The notes: generated by a model from the sequence alone, not told the origin. A stretch of DNA of 64,000 nucleotides from Gammaproteobacteria bacterium (GCA_041306975.1 JBFZEG010000161.1:5658-69657); one strand, 5' to 3'; numbered from the stretch's first letter, positions 41,513 to 53,253 are shown. Translations and numbers: made by a program.

Positions 41513-43408
41513 ATGAATAAAAAAGCATTATTTTCAAATGCCGGCCTCGCACTAACCGCTGCTGGCCTGCTGGTGACAGTACTGATTATCAGCCTGTTGC
41601 CGCGTATCCGCATCGACCTGACGCAAGACAGCCTTTACACCCTCAGTGATGCAACACGCGATATCGTCGCTAATCTTGATCGACCGATAGAGCTGACATT
41701 TTTTTACTCTGAAGAGTCGGTAACCGAGGTTCCACAGGTACGCGCCTATGGCTTGCGTGTGCAGGAAATGCTGCGCGAGATGGTGATCGCCAGCAATGGC
41801 AATCTCAGTTTCGAGATCATTGATCCGGCGCCGTTTTCTGAAGAAGAAGATCAGGCAACCGCTTACGGTATTCAGGCCGTACCTCTGGCAGCAGGTCGTG
41901 AAGCGGTTTATTTTGGCGTGGTCGCAACCGATCCTGCCACACAAACCGATACCGATGCCGGCGTTTATCAGGCAATCCCGCTGGTTCGCCCCGATCAGGA
42001 AGAGTTTCTGGAGTATGAGTTTGCGCGCCTGATCACACGCACCCTGGATCCGGATCCTACCGTCATCGGACTGCTGACCTCACTGGACATTGACGGCGGT
42101 TTTAACCCCGTTGCCCAGCAGCCCACGCGTGCCTGGGCGGTCATGGATACCGTGCGCTACATGTATGATGTGCAACGCGTGGAAAGCACCGCAGAGAGCA
42201 TTGACAGCAGCATTGACGTGCTGTTGATTGTGCATCCGCAGTCACTGCCCGCACAGACCCTCTATGCCATCGATCAGTTTGTGATGCGCGGTGGCCGTGC
42301 ATTGATTTTTGTTGACCCCAACTCGGATACACAAACCCAGATCGCGGTAAACAGTGGTGAATTCCGTGACTCCATGAGTTCGGATCTGCCGGGGCTGCTG
42401 CAGGCCTGGGGTGTGCAGTTCGACGCTACGCAAGTGGTCACCGATCAGGAACGCGCCTTGTATGTGACGCTGCAACCGGGTGAGAGACCCGTGGCTCACC
42501 TCGGCATGATGGGGGTGCAACGTGAAGGTTTTGCCAACGATATTGTCAGCGGTCAATTGCAGGTGATGAATATGTCATCAGCAGGCGCGTTGTCAAAAAT
42601 GGAGGGCAGCACCACCACCTTTGAGCCACTGATTCAGACCAGTAACACCACGATGATGATGGGCACGGCGTTTTTCAGTGAAATGGGCGACCCGACACTA
42701 TTGCTCGATGAATTTGTATCTGAGGATCAGGCCCGCTTCCTGGCAGCCAGAGTATCGGGACGCTCTGCATCAGCATTCCCCGATGGCCCCCCGCAGCCGG
42801 ATGATGCCGCAGATTCTGAGACACCTGTCACCGATGATCACCTTAGTGAATCGCTGGGTGACATTGGTGTCATTGTGATTGCGGACTCCGACGTACTCGC
42901 GGACAGAATGTGGGCACAGTCGCAGCAAGTGCTGGGACAACGGGTCATCAATGCGTTTGCCAGCAACGGCGATTTTGTAATCAACGCGCTGGACAATCTC
43001 AGTGGCAGCACTGCGCTGATTAACATCCGCAGCCGTGGCCGTTATGCACGACCATTTACCCGCGTCATCGATCTGCAGCGTGCAGCCGATGAGCGCCTGC
43101 GCGCTGAGGAAACCAATCTGCTGCAACGTCTGTCCGAAACAGAACAACAACTGACGGCATTGAACCAGAATAATGGCGGCACCATCAGTCCTGAGCAGAA
43201 TGCAGAGATTGAGCGTTTTATCCAGGTACAGATGGACACCCGCCGCGCGCTGCGAGACGTACAATTTCAGCTAAACGCCGAAATCGACAGCCTGGGAACT
43301 ACCCTGAAGTTTATAAACACCGCGCTTATACCGGGATTACTGGTGATTGCGGCGCTGGGTATTGCGTGGATGCGCAGTCGCCGTCGCAGGCTGGCTGTGC
43401 GCCGCTAA
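41513..43408 (+). CDS. GldG-family ABC auxiliary protein
   Basis: RIDLTQDSLYTLS, IDQFVMRGG, VIADSD, NGDFVINALD; N- and C-terminal TM. Confidence 0.85.
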   Translation: MNKKALFSNAGLALTAAGLLVTVLIISLLPRIRIDLTQDSLYTLSDATRDIVANLDRPIELTFFYSEESVTEVPQVRAYGLRVQEMLREMVIASNGNLSFEIIDPAPFSEEEDQATAYGIQAVPLAAGREAVYFGVVATDPATQTDTDAGVYQAIPLVRPDQEEFLEYEFARLITRTLDPDPTVIGLLTSLDIDGGFNPVAQQPTRAWAVMDTVRYMYDVQRVESTAESIDSSIDVLLIVHPQSLPAQTLYAIDQFVMRGGRALIFVDPNSDTQTQIAVNSGEFRDSMSSDLPGLLQAWGVQFDATQVVTDQERALYVTLQPGERPVAHLGMMGVQREGFANDIVSGQLQVMNMSSAGALSKMEGSTTTFEPLIQTSNTTMMMGTAFFSEMGDPTLLLDEFVSEDQARFLAARVSGRSASAFPDGPPQPDDAADSETPVTDDHLSESLGDIGVIVIADSDVLADRMWAQSQQVLGQRVINAFASNGDFVINALDNLSGSTALINIRSRGRYARPFTRVIDLQRAADERLRAEETNLLQRLSETEQQLTALNQNNGGTISPEQNAEIERFIQVQMDTRRALRDVQFQLNAEIDSLGTTLKFINTALIPGLLVIAALGIAWMRSRRRRLAVRR

Positions 43409-43444
43409 ACTAAGGGGAAAGAAACGCCGGACTATCACACCGGA

Positions 43445-44770
43445 CTATACGGTTATCGGCAGATACACAGTGACCCGGGTTCCCTTTCCCGGCTCACTGT
43501 CGATATCCAGACGACCGTTATGTGCCTGTGCAATCAGGTTACACAGGTATAAACCCAGACCAAAGCCGCCGGTGTTGCGCTGGCGCGCGCTGTCGACCCG
43601 ATAAAAGGGCTCTCGAACGTGTTTGAGGTGTTCCTCCGAGATACCCTCACCCTGATCAGTCACGCTGAGCACAGCCTCGGATTCGGTAAAACTCACTTTG
43701 ATGGTAATCGGGCGGCTCTGACCGTGACGCATGGCATTGTTAACAATATTGGCCAGTAGCAACCGAATCCGCAGTTTGTCGATATGCATGGCTCTGTCGT
43801 GCTCAGGCAAGTCGAGCAGCAAACCACCGTCATACTCCTGATATTGTTGTGACAACATCCCGATGTAGTCAGCAAAATCAACATCATCCTGCATCAGTGC
43901 CGAATGCTGTGTACTCAGGCGCTCGGCTTCAATCAGATCGGAAATCAGCAGATCAATTTCATTAATGTCATCGCGCAAGTTCTCGCGCAGCGCGCTGTCT
44001 TCCATAAATTCCAGTTGCAGTTTGGCGCGGGTAACCGGCGTACGCAGCTCATGACTGATCGCCAGCAGCAGCTGGCGCTTGGCCTCCAGCATGGACTGCA
44101 GCGAATCTGCCATGTGGTTGACACTGGCCGTCAATTCACCGAGCTCGTCGGTACGGGTCACTTGCACCCGGTAACTGAGATCACCGGCACATATTCTTTC
44201 TGCACCTTGACGTAACCTGCGCACCGGATCCATCAGCCTGCGCACCAGCCAATAGTTGGAAAACAGAATAAAAAAAGCAAAACCAAGACCTATGTACACC
44301 ACGACATAATCATAGTTACTGAGCGACGGCGCCTTGCGATTTAAAAAATATTCATAACCGCCACGCGCCACACGGATCACCTGTTCATTGCCGACCGCCA
44401 TCATCTGCGCCTCATCGGACAACGTGCGCACAAACACCGCACTGTAGATGTCCAGATCAGATTGATCATCCGATTGCCAGTTGATGTGCGGACTACGGAT
44501 GATAATTGTCAGCGACAGATCACGCGCAAGATCTTCTGCGCGCTGCAAATCAGGAGGAATGCCAATAGCATCGACCAGCAAACGCACATTATCGAGATAA
44601 AACACCGGTAGCGGATTCAAACGTTCACGCCGCCAGTTCTGATCAATTTGTCTTAGTGATAAGGAGATCACAATCAGAAACAGGATAACGGTGACACTAA
44701 AAATCAGAAATAATCTGAGGAATAACGACTCAGGACGACTGACCGAAGGCGCCTGATCCAGCGAACTCAT
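43445..44770 (-). CDS. HAMP-domain sensor histidine kinase
   Basis: Two TM, HAMP, ISHELRTP, DQGEG, GFGLGL. Confidence 0.93.
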   Translation of the reverse strand: MSSLDQAPSVSRPESLFLRLFLIFSVTVILFLIVISLSLRQIDQNWRRERLNPLPVFYLDNVRLLVDAIGIPPDLQRAEDLARDLSLTIIIRSPHINWQSDDQSDLDIYSAVFVRTLSDEAQMMAVGNEQVIRVARGGYEYFLNRKAPSLSNYDYVVVYIGLGFAFFILFSNYWLVRRLMDPVRRLRQGAERICAGDLSYRVQVTRTDELGELTASVNHMADSLQSMLEAKRQLLLAISHELRTPVTRAKLQLEFMEDSALRENLRDDINEIDLLISDLIEAERLSTQHSALMQDDVDFADYIGMLSQQYQEYDGGLLLDLPEHDRAMHIDKLRIRLLLANIVNNAMRHGQSRPITIKVSFTESEAVLSVTDQGEGISEEHLKHVREPFYRVDSARQRNTGGFGLGLYLCNLIAQAHNGRLDIDSEPGKGTRVTVYLPITV

Positions 44771-45468
44771 TGCAGTTTGCCAACAAATGTATAGCCGCGC
44801 CCCCAGACGGTTTTAATAAATCTTGGGGTTTTGGAGGTGTCATCCAATTTGTGGCGCAAACGACTCACCAGCGTATCAACGGCGCGTGAAAACAGCTCCG
44901 CATCAATGCCGCGCAGACGATTCATCAGCTCGTCTCGTGTAAAGGTTTTATTGGGAGACTGAATAAACAACACCAGTAATTCGTATTCCATGGTGGTCAA
45001 CTCGATCAGCGTGCCATCCAGATGTACGGTGCGCCGCGCGGTATCAACATCAAGACCCTCTATCCGCGGCAAATTACTGACCACACGGTTATCATCACTG
45101 GCACGACGCAATATATTGGTGATGCGCGCCACCAGTTCCCGCGGCTCAAAAGGCTTGGGCAGATAATCATCAGCACCCAGTTCCAGACCCACAATACGGT
45201 CAGTCACCTCACCATGTGCCGTTAACATCATAATCGGCAACTGGCCAAAAATTGCGGACTTGGCACGAATCTCACGACAGATTTCAAAACCGTCTTTTTC
45301 CGGCAACATCACATCGAGTATCAACAAATCCGGCTTTGAGCGTTTGAGCAACTCAAAACCTTTGCTGGGCGTATGCGCGACGGTGACCTTCATGTCATAA
45401 CGGTCCAGATACTGTGTCAGCAACTGGCCAAGTTTTTCATCGTCATCAATAATCAGGATCTGTTTCAT
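44767..45468 (-). CDS. OmpR-family response regulator
   Basis: IIDDD, LDVMLP, GADDYLPKPF, winged helix IKTVWGRGY. Confidence 0.93.
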   Translation of the reverse strand: MKQILIIDDDEKLGQLLTQYLDRYDMKVTVAHTPSKGFELLKRSKPDLLILDVMLPEKDGFEICREIRAKSAIFGQLPIMMLTAHGEVTDRIVGLELGADDYLPKPFEPRELVARITNILRRASDDNRVVSNLPRIEGLDVDTARRTVHLDGTLIELTTMEYELLVLFIQSPNKTFTRDELMNRLRGIDAELFSRAVDTLVSRLRHKLDDTSKTPRFIKTVWGRGYTFVGKLQ

Positions 45469-45568
45469 GCTCCGGAGTGTACGAATTTGCCTGAGATAAA
45501 TCAATCAGGTGACTGAGTCTGGCGTATAATGCCGGCCTTTCTTCAGCAATCAACTCAATAGAATCTGC

Positions 45569-47479
45569 ATGATCAGTCTAAACAATGCGCGCCTGATGCG
45601 CGGTGAACATGTGCTACTGGAAGGCGCCAGTCTGACCCTCCACAAAGGTCAGAAGGCCGGTATTATCGGGCGCAATGGCAGTGGCAAAACCAGTATGTTT
45701 GCCTGCCTGACCGGGCAGATCGGCCTTGATGCCGGTGATATTCAGATGCCAGAAGATTTGCGCTGCGCGTGGATGAAACAGGAAACTGCCGGCTCAGCAC
45801 GCTCAGCAATCGATCATGTTATTGATGGAGATGAGCGTTTCCGCGACATTGAAGCACAGTTGCAAAAGGCTGAAGACGATCACGATGGTCACGCCATCGC
45901 GCGGCTGCATGCAGAACTCGATAAAATCGACGGTTACAGCATCACTGTGCGTGCCGAGCAACTGCTGGCGGGGCTCGGTTTCAGCACAGAGACTTTTGCA
46001 AATCCGGTGTCATCCTTCTCCGGAGGCTGGCGGGTCAGATTAAATCTTGCCGCCGCGTTGATGGCACCATCGGATCTGCTGCTGCTTGACGAGCCTACCA
46101 ACCACCTCGATCTGGAAGCCACTATCTGGCTGGAGCAGTGGCTGATACGTTATCCCGGCACGCTGATGCTTATCTCCCATGACAGAAGCTTTCTTGACAA
46201 GGTCATTGATCATGTCATCAGCTTTGAATACAAAAATCTGTTTCTGTATCGCGGCAATTTCACCTCGTACGAAATACAACGTGCGGAACGTATGGCGCAG
46301 CAACAGGCGGCACTTGAGAAACAACAGCGCCGCAAAGCAGAGATTGAGGACTTTGTGCGCCGCTTTCGTGCCAAGGCCAGTAAGGCCCGACAAGCCCAAA
46401 GCCGGCTGAAAGAATTGCAGCGCATGCAGGACATTGCGCCCGCACATATTGACTCACCATTCCGGTTTGAGTTTTTTGTGCCGGAAAAATCTTCTGACGA
46501 TCTGATGAGCATCAAAAAAGCTGAGGTCGGATTTACCGAGCCGCTTATAAAAAACGTGTCACTGAAACTGCATGGCGACAGCCGTATTGGTTTACTTGGA
46601 TTTAACGGCGCCGGCAAATCTACCCTGTTAAAAACCATCGCCAGTCAACTGACATTTTTAACTGGCGACATCGTCAGTTCCAAACACCTCAAGGTGGGTT
46701 ACTTTGCCCAGCATCAGGTTGACGTCATGGACATGCAGGCAAGTCCGATGCTGATGATGCAACGACTCGACCCCAAGGTCCGCGAGCAGGAAGTGCGTAA
46801 CTTTCTGGGCGGATTTGATTTCCGGGGTGACCGGGTATCAGAGCCCATCCATAATTTTTCAGGTGGAGAAAAAGCCAGATTGGCGCTGGCGCTGATTGTC
46901 TGGCAAAAGCCCAATCTGTTGCTGTTGGATGAACCGACCAACCACCTTGATCTGGAAATGCGTCACGCGTTGACCGTTGCCCTGCAAGGATTTGAAGGCG
47001 CCCTGGTGCTGGTGTCACACGACCGCCACCTGATGTCCAATACGGTGGATGAGTTCTATACCGTACACCGCGGACAGCTGTCTGCTTTTGACGGCGATCT
47101 GGATGACTATGCGCGCTGGCTGCAGGATCCCGATGGCCTGCGCAACACCAGTACCGGCAAAGACATCAAACCAGCAAATACACAGACCACTGTCGCGACA
47201 GTAGACAAAAAGGATCAGCGCAAACAGGCTGCCGCGCAGCGTGAGCAACTGGCGCCACTGCGCCGCGAAATCCGTACGCTGGAACAGAAAATGGAAAAGC
47301 TCGGCGCGGAACTCGCCGCTCTTGAGGACAAACTGGGTGACGCGACGCTTTACGAGGACAAGCGTCGCAATGACTTGACCGAACTGCTACGCCAGCAGGG
47401 TTATTGCAAGGCTGAGCTGAACCAGTGTGAAGAGAACTGGCTGCTTAAAAGTACCGAATTGGAAAGCTTGTCTGATTGA
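45569..47479 (+). CDS. yheS: ABC-F family ATPase (YheS-like)
   Basis: Two ABC domains (GRNGSGKT/FSGGW; GFNGAGKS/FSGGE), LDEPTNHLD twice, C-terminal coiled coil, no TM. Confidence 0.85.
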   Translation: MISLNNARLMRGEHVLLEGASLTLHKGQKAGIIGRNGSGKTSMFACLTGQIGLDAGDIQMPEDLRCAWMKQETAGSARSAIDHVIDGDERFRDIEAQLQKAEDDHDGHAIARLHAELDKIDGYSITVRAEQLLAGLGFSTETFANPVSSFSGGWRVRLNLAAALMAPSDLLLLDEPTNHLDLEATIWLEQWLIRYPGTLMLISHDRSFLDKVIDHVISFEYKNLFLYRGNFTSYEIQRAERMAQQQAALEKQQRRKAEIEDFVRRFRAKASKARQAQSRLKELQRMQDIAPAHIDSPFRFEFFVPEKSSDDLMSIKKAEVGFTEPLIKNVSLKLHGDSRIGLLGFNGAGKSTLLKTIASQLTFLTGDIVSSKHLKVGYFAQHQVDVMDMQASPMLMMQRLDPKVREQEVRNFLGGFDFRGDRVSEPIHNFSGGEKARLALALIVWQKPNLLLLDEPTNHLDLEMRHALTVALQGFEGALVLVSHDRHLMSNTVDEFYTVHRGQLSAFDGDLDDYARWLQDPDGLRNTSTGKDIKPANTQTTVATVDKKDQRKQAAAQREQLAPLRREIRTLEQKMEKLGAELAALEDKLGDATLYEDKRRNDLTELLRQQGYCKAELNQCEENWLLKSTELESLSD

Positions 47480-47483
47480 TAAA

Positions 47484-48593
47484 TCAGCGACGCGACGCCT
47501 GCAATTCAATCCGGTAACGCTGCTGACGGTTATCGCGTTGCGTTAACACCTCGACCGTGTCACCGGCTTCGCGGTTTTCCAGCAAGTTCAGCAGATCATC
47601 TTCGTTAGCAATTGCGGTCCCATCGATTTCAACAATAACATCACCCAGCACAATGCCGCTGTTGCTTTCCGTCAAACCGCGCATGCCGACCTGCTCCGGA
47701 CTGCCGCCTTCAATCACATCCAGCACGATCACGCCATTGATGCCCCAGCGTTGTCGATAAAAATCCGCGTACTGCGGCGGGAACAGACTGATGCCAAGCG
47801 TTGGTGTCTGCACCTGACCAAACTGAATCAGCTGAGGAACAATTTTTTTAACCGTGTTCACCGGAATCGCAAAACCTATGCCTGAACTGGCACCGCTGGG
47901 ACTGTAAATAGCCGTGTTAACACCCACTAATTGCCCAAGAGAATTAAGCAGCGGCCCACCAGAGTTACCCGGGTTAATCGCCGCATCGGTCTGAATGACA
48001 TCGCGGATCTGCCGTCGTGTCACAGAATTGATTTCTCTGCCCAGCGCACTGACAACACCGACTGTCAGCGTGGTATCCAGGCCAAACGGATTGCCAATAG
48101 CAATAACCTTGCGGCCGACTTCGAGCAGGGCAGAATCCCCCAACTCCAGCGGACTGAGTTGAGCCTCAGGCGCTTCTATTTGCAGTACCGCCAGATCCTT
48201 ATCCGGCTCCACACCCACAAGTGTAGCGTCCCAGGCACTGCCATCCTGCAGGGTTACTGTCACACGAGAGGCGTTCTGAATCACATGAAAATTAGTGACA
48301 ATATATCCGTTGTCATCCCAGACAAATCCGGAACCTGTGCCTTGTGGCAACTCCTGTGGATTGAGGTTAAAAAATGATTGCCGCACCAGTCGCGAATTGG
48401 TGATGTAGACCACCGATGGGCTGGCGCGCTTGAACACCTCAATATTGTTGGCTTCATCGTTGGTGCTGAAACTGCGATAGTCCGGAGCCTGGGCAGTTGT
48501 CGCAGACATTGCCAGTAGAGACAACATCATCGCAATCGCAGCAAGGCCATGTTTGAAAAAAAGCGGGAGATTTACCTCAACATTTATGGACAT
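47484..48593 (-). CDS. Trypsin-like serine protease with PDZ domain (HtrA/Deg family)
   Basis: GSGF, TNFHV, DLAVL, INPGNSGGP; one PDZ domain. Confidence 0.92.
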   Translation of the reverse strand: MSINVEVNLPLFFKHGLAAIAMMLSLLAMSATTAQAPDYRSFSTNDEANNIEVFKRASPSVVYITNSRLVRQSFFNLNPQELPQGTGSGFVWDDNGYIVTNFHVIQNASRVTVTLQDGSAWDATLVGVEPDKDLAVLQIEAPEAQLSPLELGDSALLEVGRKVIAIGNPFGLDTTLTVGVVSALGREINSVTRRQIRDVIQTDAAINPGNSGGPLLNSLGQLVGVNTAIYSPSGASSGIGFAIPVNTVKKIVPQLIQFGQVQTPTLGISLFPPQYADFYRQRWGINGVIVLDVIEGGSPEQVGMRGLTESNSGIVLGDVIVEIDGTAIANEDDLLNLLENREAGDTVEVLTQRDNRQQRYRIELQASRR

Positions 48594-48761
48594 AACAAAC
48601 CCAGATCCTCTCTCACTGACAGTAGACGTGATAGTGGTGATAGGCGGCGAGGATTTCAAGAGCGCCCGGATTCTGTAGCAATCACCCAACTTCGAGGGTA
48701 TATTCTTGGTCTAAATCAGTATTGCCTGATAATCCAGCTAACAAAAACAGAATCGATCTCA

Positions 48762-49226
48762 TTGTTTAACATCGTACTTTTTCAACCCGAGATACCTCCA
48801 AACACCGGAAACGTAATACGCCTGGTAGCCAACACTGGAAGCCGTTTGCATCTCATAGAACCGCTTGGTTTTGAAATCGATGAGAAAAGGGTCAAGCGCG
48901 CAGGTCTGGACTATCACGAAATGAGCGAAGTATATCGCTGGCCGGATTGGGAGAGTTTCTTGCGTCAGGCCGACGCACAGCGCCTGTTTGCGTTCACAAC
49001 CAAAGCACAACGCTCGTGTTACGAGGCTGAATTTATCGCGGGAGATACTCTGGTGTTTGGACCAGAAACCCGGGGCCTGCCCAAAGAACTACTGGCAGCA
49101 CTGCCGATAGAACAAAAGCTGCGCCTGCCCATGCAACCGACCAGCAGGAGCCTGAATCTTTCAAATACCGTGGCAATTGCCCTGTACGAGGCATTACGCC
49201 AGACTGGATTCACCGGTCTGGCGTAG
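48762..49226 (+). CDS. trmL: tRNA (cytidine/uridine-34 2'-O)-methyltransferase
   Basis: PEIPPNTGN, RAGLDY, FGPETRGL, RSLNLSN; TTG start. Confidence 0.93.
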   Translation: MFNIVLFQPEIPPNTGNVIRLVANTGSRLHLIEPLGFEIDEKRVKRAGLDYHEMSEVYRWPDWESFLRQADAQRLFAFTTKAQRSCYEAEFIAGDTLVFGPETRGLPKELLAALPIEQKLRLPMQPTSRSLNLSNTVAIALYEALRQTGFTGLA

Positions 49227-49236
49227 AAACCAATGG

Positions 49237-49722
49237 TCAGGCAGGAGCTTGTCCGGCCTGCTGAGCTTTTGACTGCGCATACACCGCGTCGAAATTGACA
49301 GGTGCCAGCATAACTGCCGGGAAACTGCCACGCACGACCATGGCATCAATCGTTTCACGCGCATACGGGAACAGAATGTTAGGGCAAACTGTTGCCAGCA
49401 CTCTCTCCAGGTCAGCCTCATTAAAACCGTCGCAGGTAAAAATGCCGGCCTGCTGCACTTCGACCAGAAATGCGACAGTCTCTTCCTGCTTGGCTTCAAT
49501 GGTCATACGCAGAATCACTTCAAACACACCTTCTGCCAGCTTTTGATTGCTGGTGTTCAGGTTAAAGGAGATTTTGGGAGCCCACTGACCACGGAACACG
49601 TCCGGGCTCTTGGGGGACTCGAATGAACAGTCCTTCAGATAAATGCGTTGCAGCGCAAACATCGGACCCTGGGGTTGCGCTGCCTGTGCAGCACCGTTCT
49701 GATTGTTGTCGTTCTCTGCCAT
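49237..49722 (-). CDS. secB: Protein export chaperone SecB
   Basis: QRIYLKDCSFE, EVQQAGIF, CPNILFPYARE. Confidence 0.96.
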   Translation of the reverse strand: MAENDNNQNGAAQAAQPQGPMFALQRIYLKDCSFESPKSPDVFRGQWAPKISFNLNTSNQKLAEGVFEVILRMTIEAKQEETVAFLVEVQQAGIFTCDGFNEADLERVLATVCPNILFPYARETIDAMVVRGSFPAVMLAPVNFDAVYAQSKAQQAGQAPA

Positions 49723-49797
49723 GATCTAACTGTCTCTCTTGCTTTCTGAGTTGATTAAAAAATGCTGTGAAAAAACCTTGGCGTTGCTGATCAAAGA

Positions 49798-50214
49798 TCA
49801 ACCCTGAATCACCGGAAGATTCTGGCCGCGCCACTCAGCCATTCCACCCTGCAGGCGCACGACTTCAGTGAAGCCAGCTCCTTCAAGGGTCTTGCAGGCA
49901 TCACCGGAGTGCTGCCCCATTCTGCATACAACAATCACCGGCCGGGATTTGTATTTCTCCAATTCCGTCAAGTGACCCGCAAGTTTGCTTGACGGCATAC
50001 CGATCGAATCAACAATGTGACCCGCATCGAATTCCTTTTTATCACGGATATCCAACACGACACCATCTTTTCGGTTAATCAGCATCACCGCTTCCTGTGT
50101 GCTTACGGATTTTGCACCAGTCTTGGTGAGATAAAACAAAAACCCGGAAAACAAAACCAGCCAGAGACTCGCCAAAATCCAGTTATTGCCAATAAATTCA
50201 ACAAACTGCGCCAT
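49798..50214 (-). CDS. Rhodanese-like domain protein (YibN-like)
   Basis: N-terminal TM, LDIR..EFDAGHI, VVCRMG, LQGGMAEW. Confidence 0.88.
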   Translation of the reverse strand: MAQFVEFIGNNWILASLWLVLFSGFLFYLTKTGAKSVSTQEAVMLINRKDGVVLDIRDKKEFDAGHIVDSIGMPSSKLAGHLTELEKYKSRPVIVVCRMGQHSGDACKTLEGAGFTEVVRLQGGMAEWRGQNLPVIQG

Positions 50215-50422
50215 TTTCTGTTTCAGCCCCCAACCAACTTTCCTAGAAATGTGCTCACCTGATCGCGCAAACCTGACCCGCAAACGAGTCGCGAAGTATA
50301 CACGCCCGCATCGGGCTTGGGTACACACACACGACAAGCTCTGGTGAGCCCCCTGATTAACATGGATAATACTGACTTTTGATGAATCAGCGATCGCTTT
50401 CGCTCCCAGGGAACACTTCACC

Positions 50423-51979
50423 ATGACCAGCTCTGACCCCAAACGCACCGCTTTGTTACTGATTCTGGATGGCTGGGGCTACCGCGAAGAGACTGACTCC
50501 AATGCCATTGCCGCCGCCCACAGCCCGACCTGGGATGCTCTCTGGCAGGCATGTCCACACACATTGATTTCAACTTCAGGTATGGATGTGGGGTTGCCTG
50601 ATGGACAAATGGGCAATTCAGAAGTCGGCCACATGAACCTCGGGGCGGGGCGGGTGGTTTATCAAAGCCTGACCATGATTGATAAAGAGATCGCGGATGG
50701 AGGATTTTTCGCTAACAAACAACTGACCGACGTGGCCCGGCAGGTGGCGACTTCTGACAAAGCCCTGCACCTGTTCGGTCTGCTGTCACCTGGCGGCATC
50801 CACAGCCATGAACAGCACATCGTCGCCATGATTCATCTTGCTCAGCAGCAGGGTGTTAAAAAAGTCTATCTGCACGCGTTTCTGGATGGTCGGGACATGC
50901 CACCCCGCAGTGCTTTGCCTTCCCTGCAACTGGCTGATTCAACATTGCGGCAAGCGGGTGTTGGTCGGGTTGTCTCGGTGATAGGACGTTATTTTGCTAT
51001 GGACCGCGACAAGCGCTGGGACCGCATGCAGACTGCATATGATTTGATCACGCTGGGCGAAGCGCCTTTCCAGGCTGCGACCGTCGGGGAAGCACTAAAC
51101 AATGCCTACGCACGCGGCGAGGATGACGAGTTTGTCAAAGCCACCCGCGTCGCTGCTTCGGAAGAAGAGGCGGTGACGCTGAACGACGGCGACAGTGTCA
51201 TATTTATGAACTTCAGGGCAGATCGCGCTCGACAGCTGACCAATGCCTTCGTGAATCCGGCATTTGACGGTTTTGTGCGCAAATCAACACCGGCTTTGCA
51301 GAGTTTTGTGACATTGACCGAGTATTCAGCTGACCTCAACACCTTCGTAAAAGTGGCATACGGGCCACAAACGCTTAGTAACGGTCTGGGTGAGTATCTG
51401 GCTAAACAGCATCGCACGCAGCTGCGCATCGCTGAAACTGAAAAATATGCCCATGTGACATTTTTCTTCAGTGGCGGACGCGAGGAAGAGTTCCTAGGCG
51501 AAGACAGAGTGCTGATTCAGTCTCCGGACGTCGCCACCTACGATCTCAAACCGGAAATGAGCGCCTTCGAAGTCACCGACAAACTTGAAGCTGCCATCCG
51601 CTCGGGAAAATACGACGCCATCATCTGCAATTACGCCAACGGCGACATGGTTGGCCACACCGGAAACTTTGATGCTGCGGTCAAGGCGGTTGAAGCCTTG
51701 GATGTGTGCCTTGGCCGTCTCGTCAAAGCCATCCGCGAGACCGGCGGTCAGTGCCTGATTACTGCCGACCACGGTAACGTTGAACAGATGATGGACCCCA
51801 GCACTGGTCAGGCGTTGACTTCACATACCAGCGGACCGGTGCCCTTGGTCTATGTGGGTGATGGCAGCTGGCATTTCACGTCATCCGGCAGCCTGTCGGA
51901 CATCGCCCCCACCCTGCTGACGCTGATGGGTATGGATGTCCCGGCTGAAATGACCGGGCGTGTTCTGATGTCGCTATGA
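50423..51979 (+). CDS. gpmI: 2,3-BPG-independent phosphoglycerate mutase
   Basis: [31 protein letters not shown]. Confidence 0.97.
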   Translation: MTSSDPKRTALLLILDGWGYREETDSNAIAAAHSPTWDALWQACPHTLISTSGMDVGLPDGQMGNSEVGHMNLGAGRVVYQSLTMIDKEIADGGFFANKQLTDVARQVATSDKALHLFGLLSPGGIHSHEQHIVAMIHLAQQQGVKKVYLHAFLDGRDMPPRSALPSLQLADSTLRQAGVGRVVSVIGRYFAMDRDKRWDRMQTAYDLITLGEAPFQAATVGEALNNAYARGEDDEFVKATRVAASEEEAVTLNDGDSVIFMNFRADRARQLTNAFVNPAFDGFVRKSTPALQSFVTLTEYSADLNTFVKVAYGPQTLSNGLGEYLAKQHRTQLRIAETEKYAHVTFFFSGGREEEFLGEDRVLIQSPDVATYDLKPEMSAFEVTDKLEAAIRSGKYDAIICNYANGDMVGHTGNFDAAVKAVEALDVCLGRLVKAIRETGGQCLITADHGNVEQMMDPSTGQALTSHTSGPVPLVYVGDGSWHFTSSGSLSDIAPTLLTLMGMDVPAEMTGRVLMSL

Positions 51980-53160
51980 GGGCCGTCTGCCAAGGCATCC
52001 GTGTACTGATGATGGCGGTGTTAGCCAGCCTGCTAGCATGGGCGATGGACAACCGACCATTGCACGGCGCCGAGGCGCCCGCTGATGCGTCCCCACAACA
52101 CCAGTTGCAGGCCGTCAGCGATGCCATTTCTCAAATCGAGCGCTGGCTGCAAACTACCCGCGCTCAGCGCTCTGTTGAAGAGCAGGCCTTGCTGGAGTCC
52201 AGTCAGCAACTCACCCTGCTCCGGCAGCAGATGCAGGCCAATCAACGCCAGTTATCCACACTCGAAAGTGAACTTGCCCGACTGACCGCCGAGCAGGATG
52301 TGTTGCTCGCAGACAGCGAGCAGCAGCGATCACAAATTGCCAGCACCCTGGTTGCCAGTTACCTGTCCGGCTCCGACAGCCAGTTAAAGCTGCTGCTCAA
52401 TCAGCAAGATCCGGCGATTGCCAGACGAATGCTGGTGTATTTTGAAGCCTTCAACCAGCAGCGGATTGCTCACATTATCCGCTGGCGCGACACCTTGGCA
52501 GAGTTGGCAGCAAACCGCGAAACCTTGCAGACCACAACAGAACAGTTGACCGATCTCAATAACAATCTGCAGCAACAACAACTGGCGCTTGAATCACAGC
52601 AACTGGCACGCGAAACACTGATCTCCGAATTGACTGCACAGATGGGTGCCCGTGGCACCGAACTGGATAACCTGATTGCCGACCAGCTTGAACTGCAAGC
52701 GCTGATCAATGAAATCAATGCTGTTGTTATCGACATTCCGGCGCCCGACGATCTGATGCCTTTTGCCGACTCACGTGGCGACATGCCTTGGCCCGCAAGC
52801 GGAAGGCTGCTGGCCGCGTACGGTGACGTTTACGGCTCTGGCCAGTTGCGAAGGCATGGCATCGTTATTGCCACCACAACGGGTTCACCGGTCAGAGCCG
52901 TTCATCCGGGCCGGGTCATTTTTTCAGACTGGCTGCGTGGCTCCGGCAATCTGCTGATTGTTGATCATGGCCAAGCGTATATCAGCCTCTATTCCCACAA
53001 TCAGCAGCTCTTGAAACAACTCGGTGATTGGGTCAATCGCGGCGAAGCGCTGGCGTTATCCGGTGAGGATGGCGGAACCGGGGAACCCGGGCTGTATTTT
53101 GAAATACGCCGTCACAGTGTAACCCTTGACCCGCTTGACTGGCTGGCAACGCCCGACTGA
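51976..53160 (+). CDS. envC: Murein hydrolase activator EnvC
   Basis: Coiled coil plus degenerate M23 domain (LYFEIR); synteny with gpmI. Confidence 0.85.
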   Translation: MRAVCQGIRVLMMAVLASLLAWAMDNRPLHGAEAPADASPQHQLQAVSDAISQIERWLQTTRAQRSVEEQALLESSQQLTLLRQQMQANQRQLSTLESELARLTAEQDVLLADSEQQRSQIASTLVASYLSGSDSQLKLLLNQQDPAIARRMLVYFEAFNQQRIAHIIRWRDTLAELAANRETLQTTTEQLTDLNNNLQQQQLALESQQLARETLISELTAQMGARGTELDNLIADQLELQALINEINAVVIDIPAPDDLMPFADSRGDMPWPASGRLLAAYGDVYGSGQLRRHGIVIATTTGSPVRAVHPGRVIFSDWLRGSGNLLIVDHGQAYISLYSHNQQLLKQLGDWVNRGEALALSGEDGGTGEPGLYFEIRRHSVTLDPLDWLATPD

Positions 53161-53253
53161 CACAGCTTGTTAGCAGCAATGGTTGTCGCTTTGCTGCGGA
53201 AGCGCCTAGAATGCCTTAACGCGCCTGACTTGCCACACCAGGCAGAGCTAATC

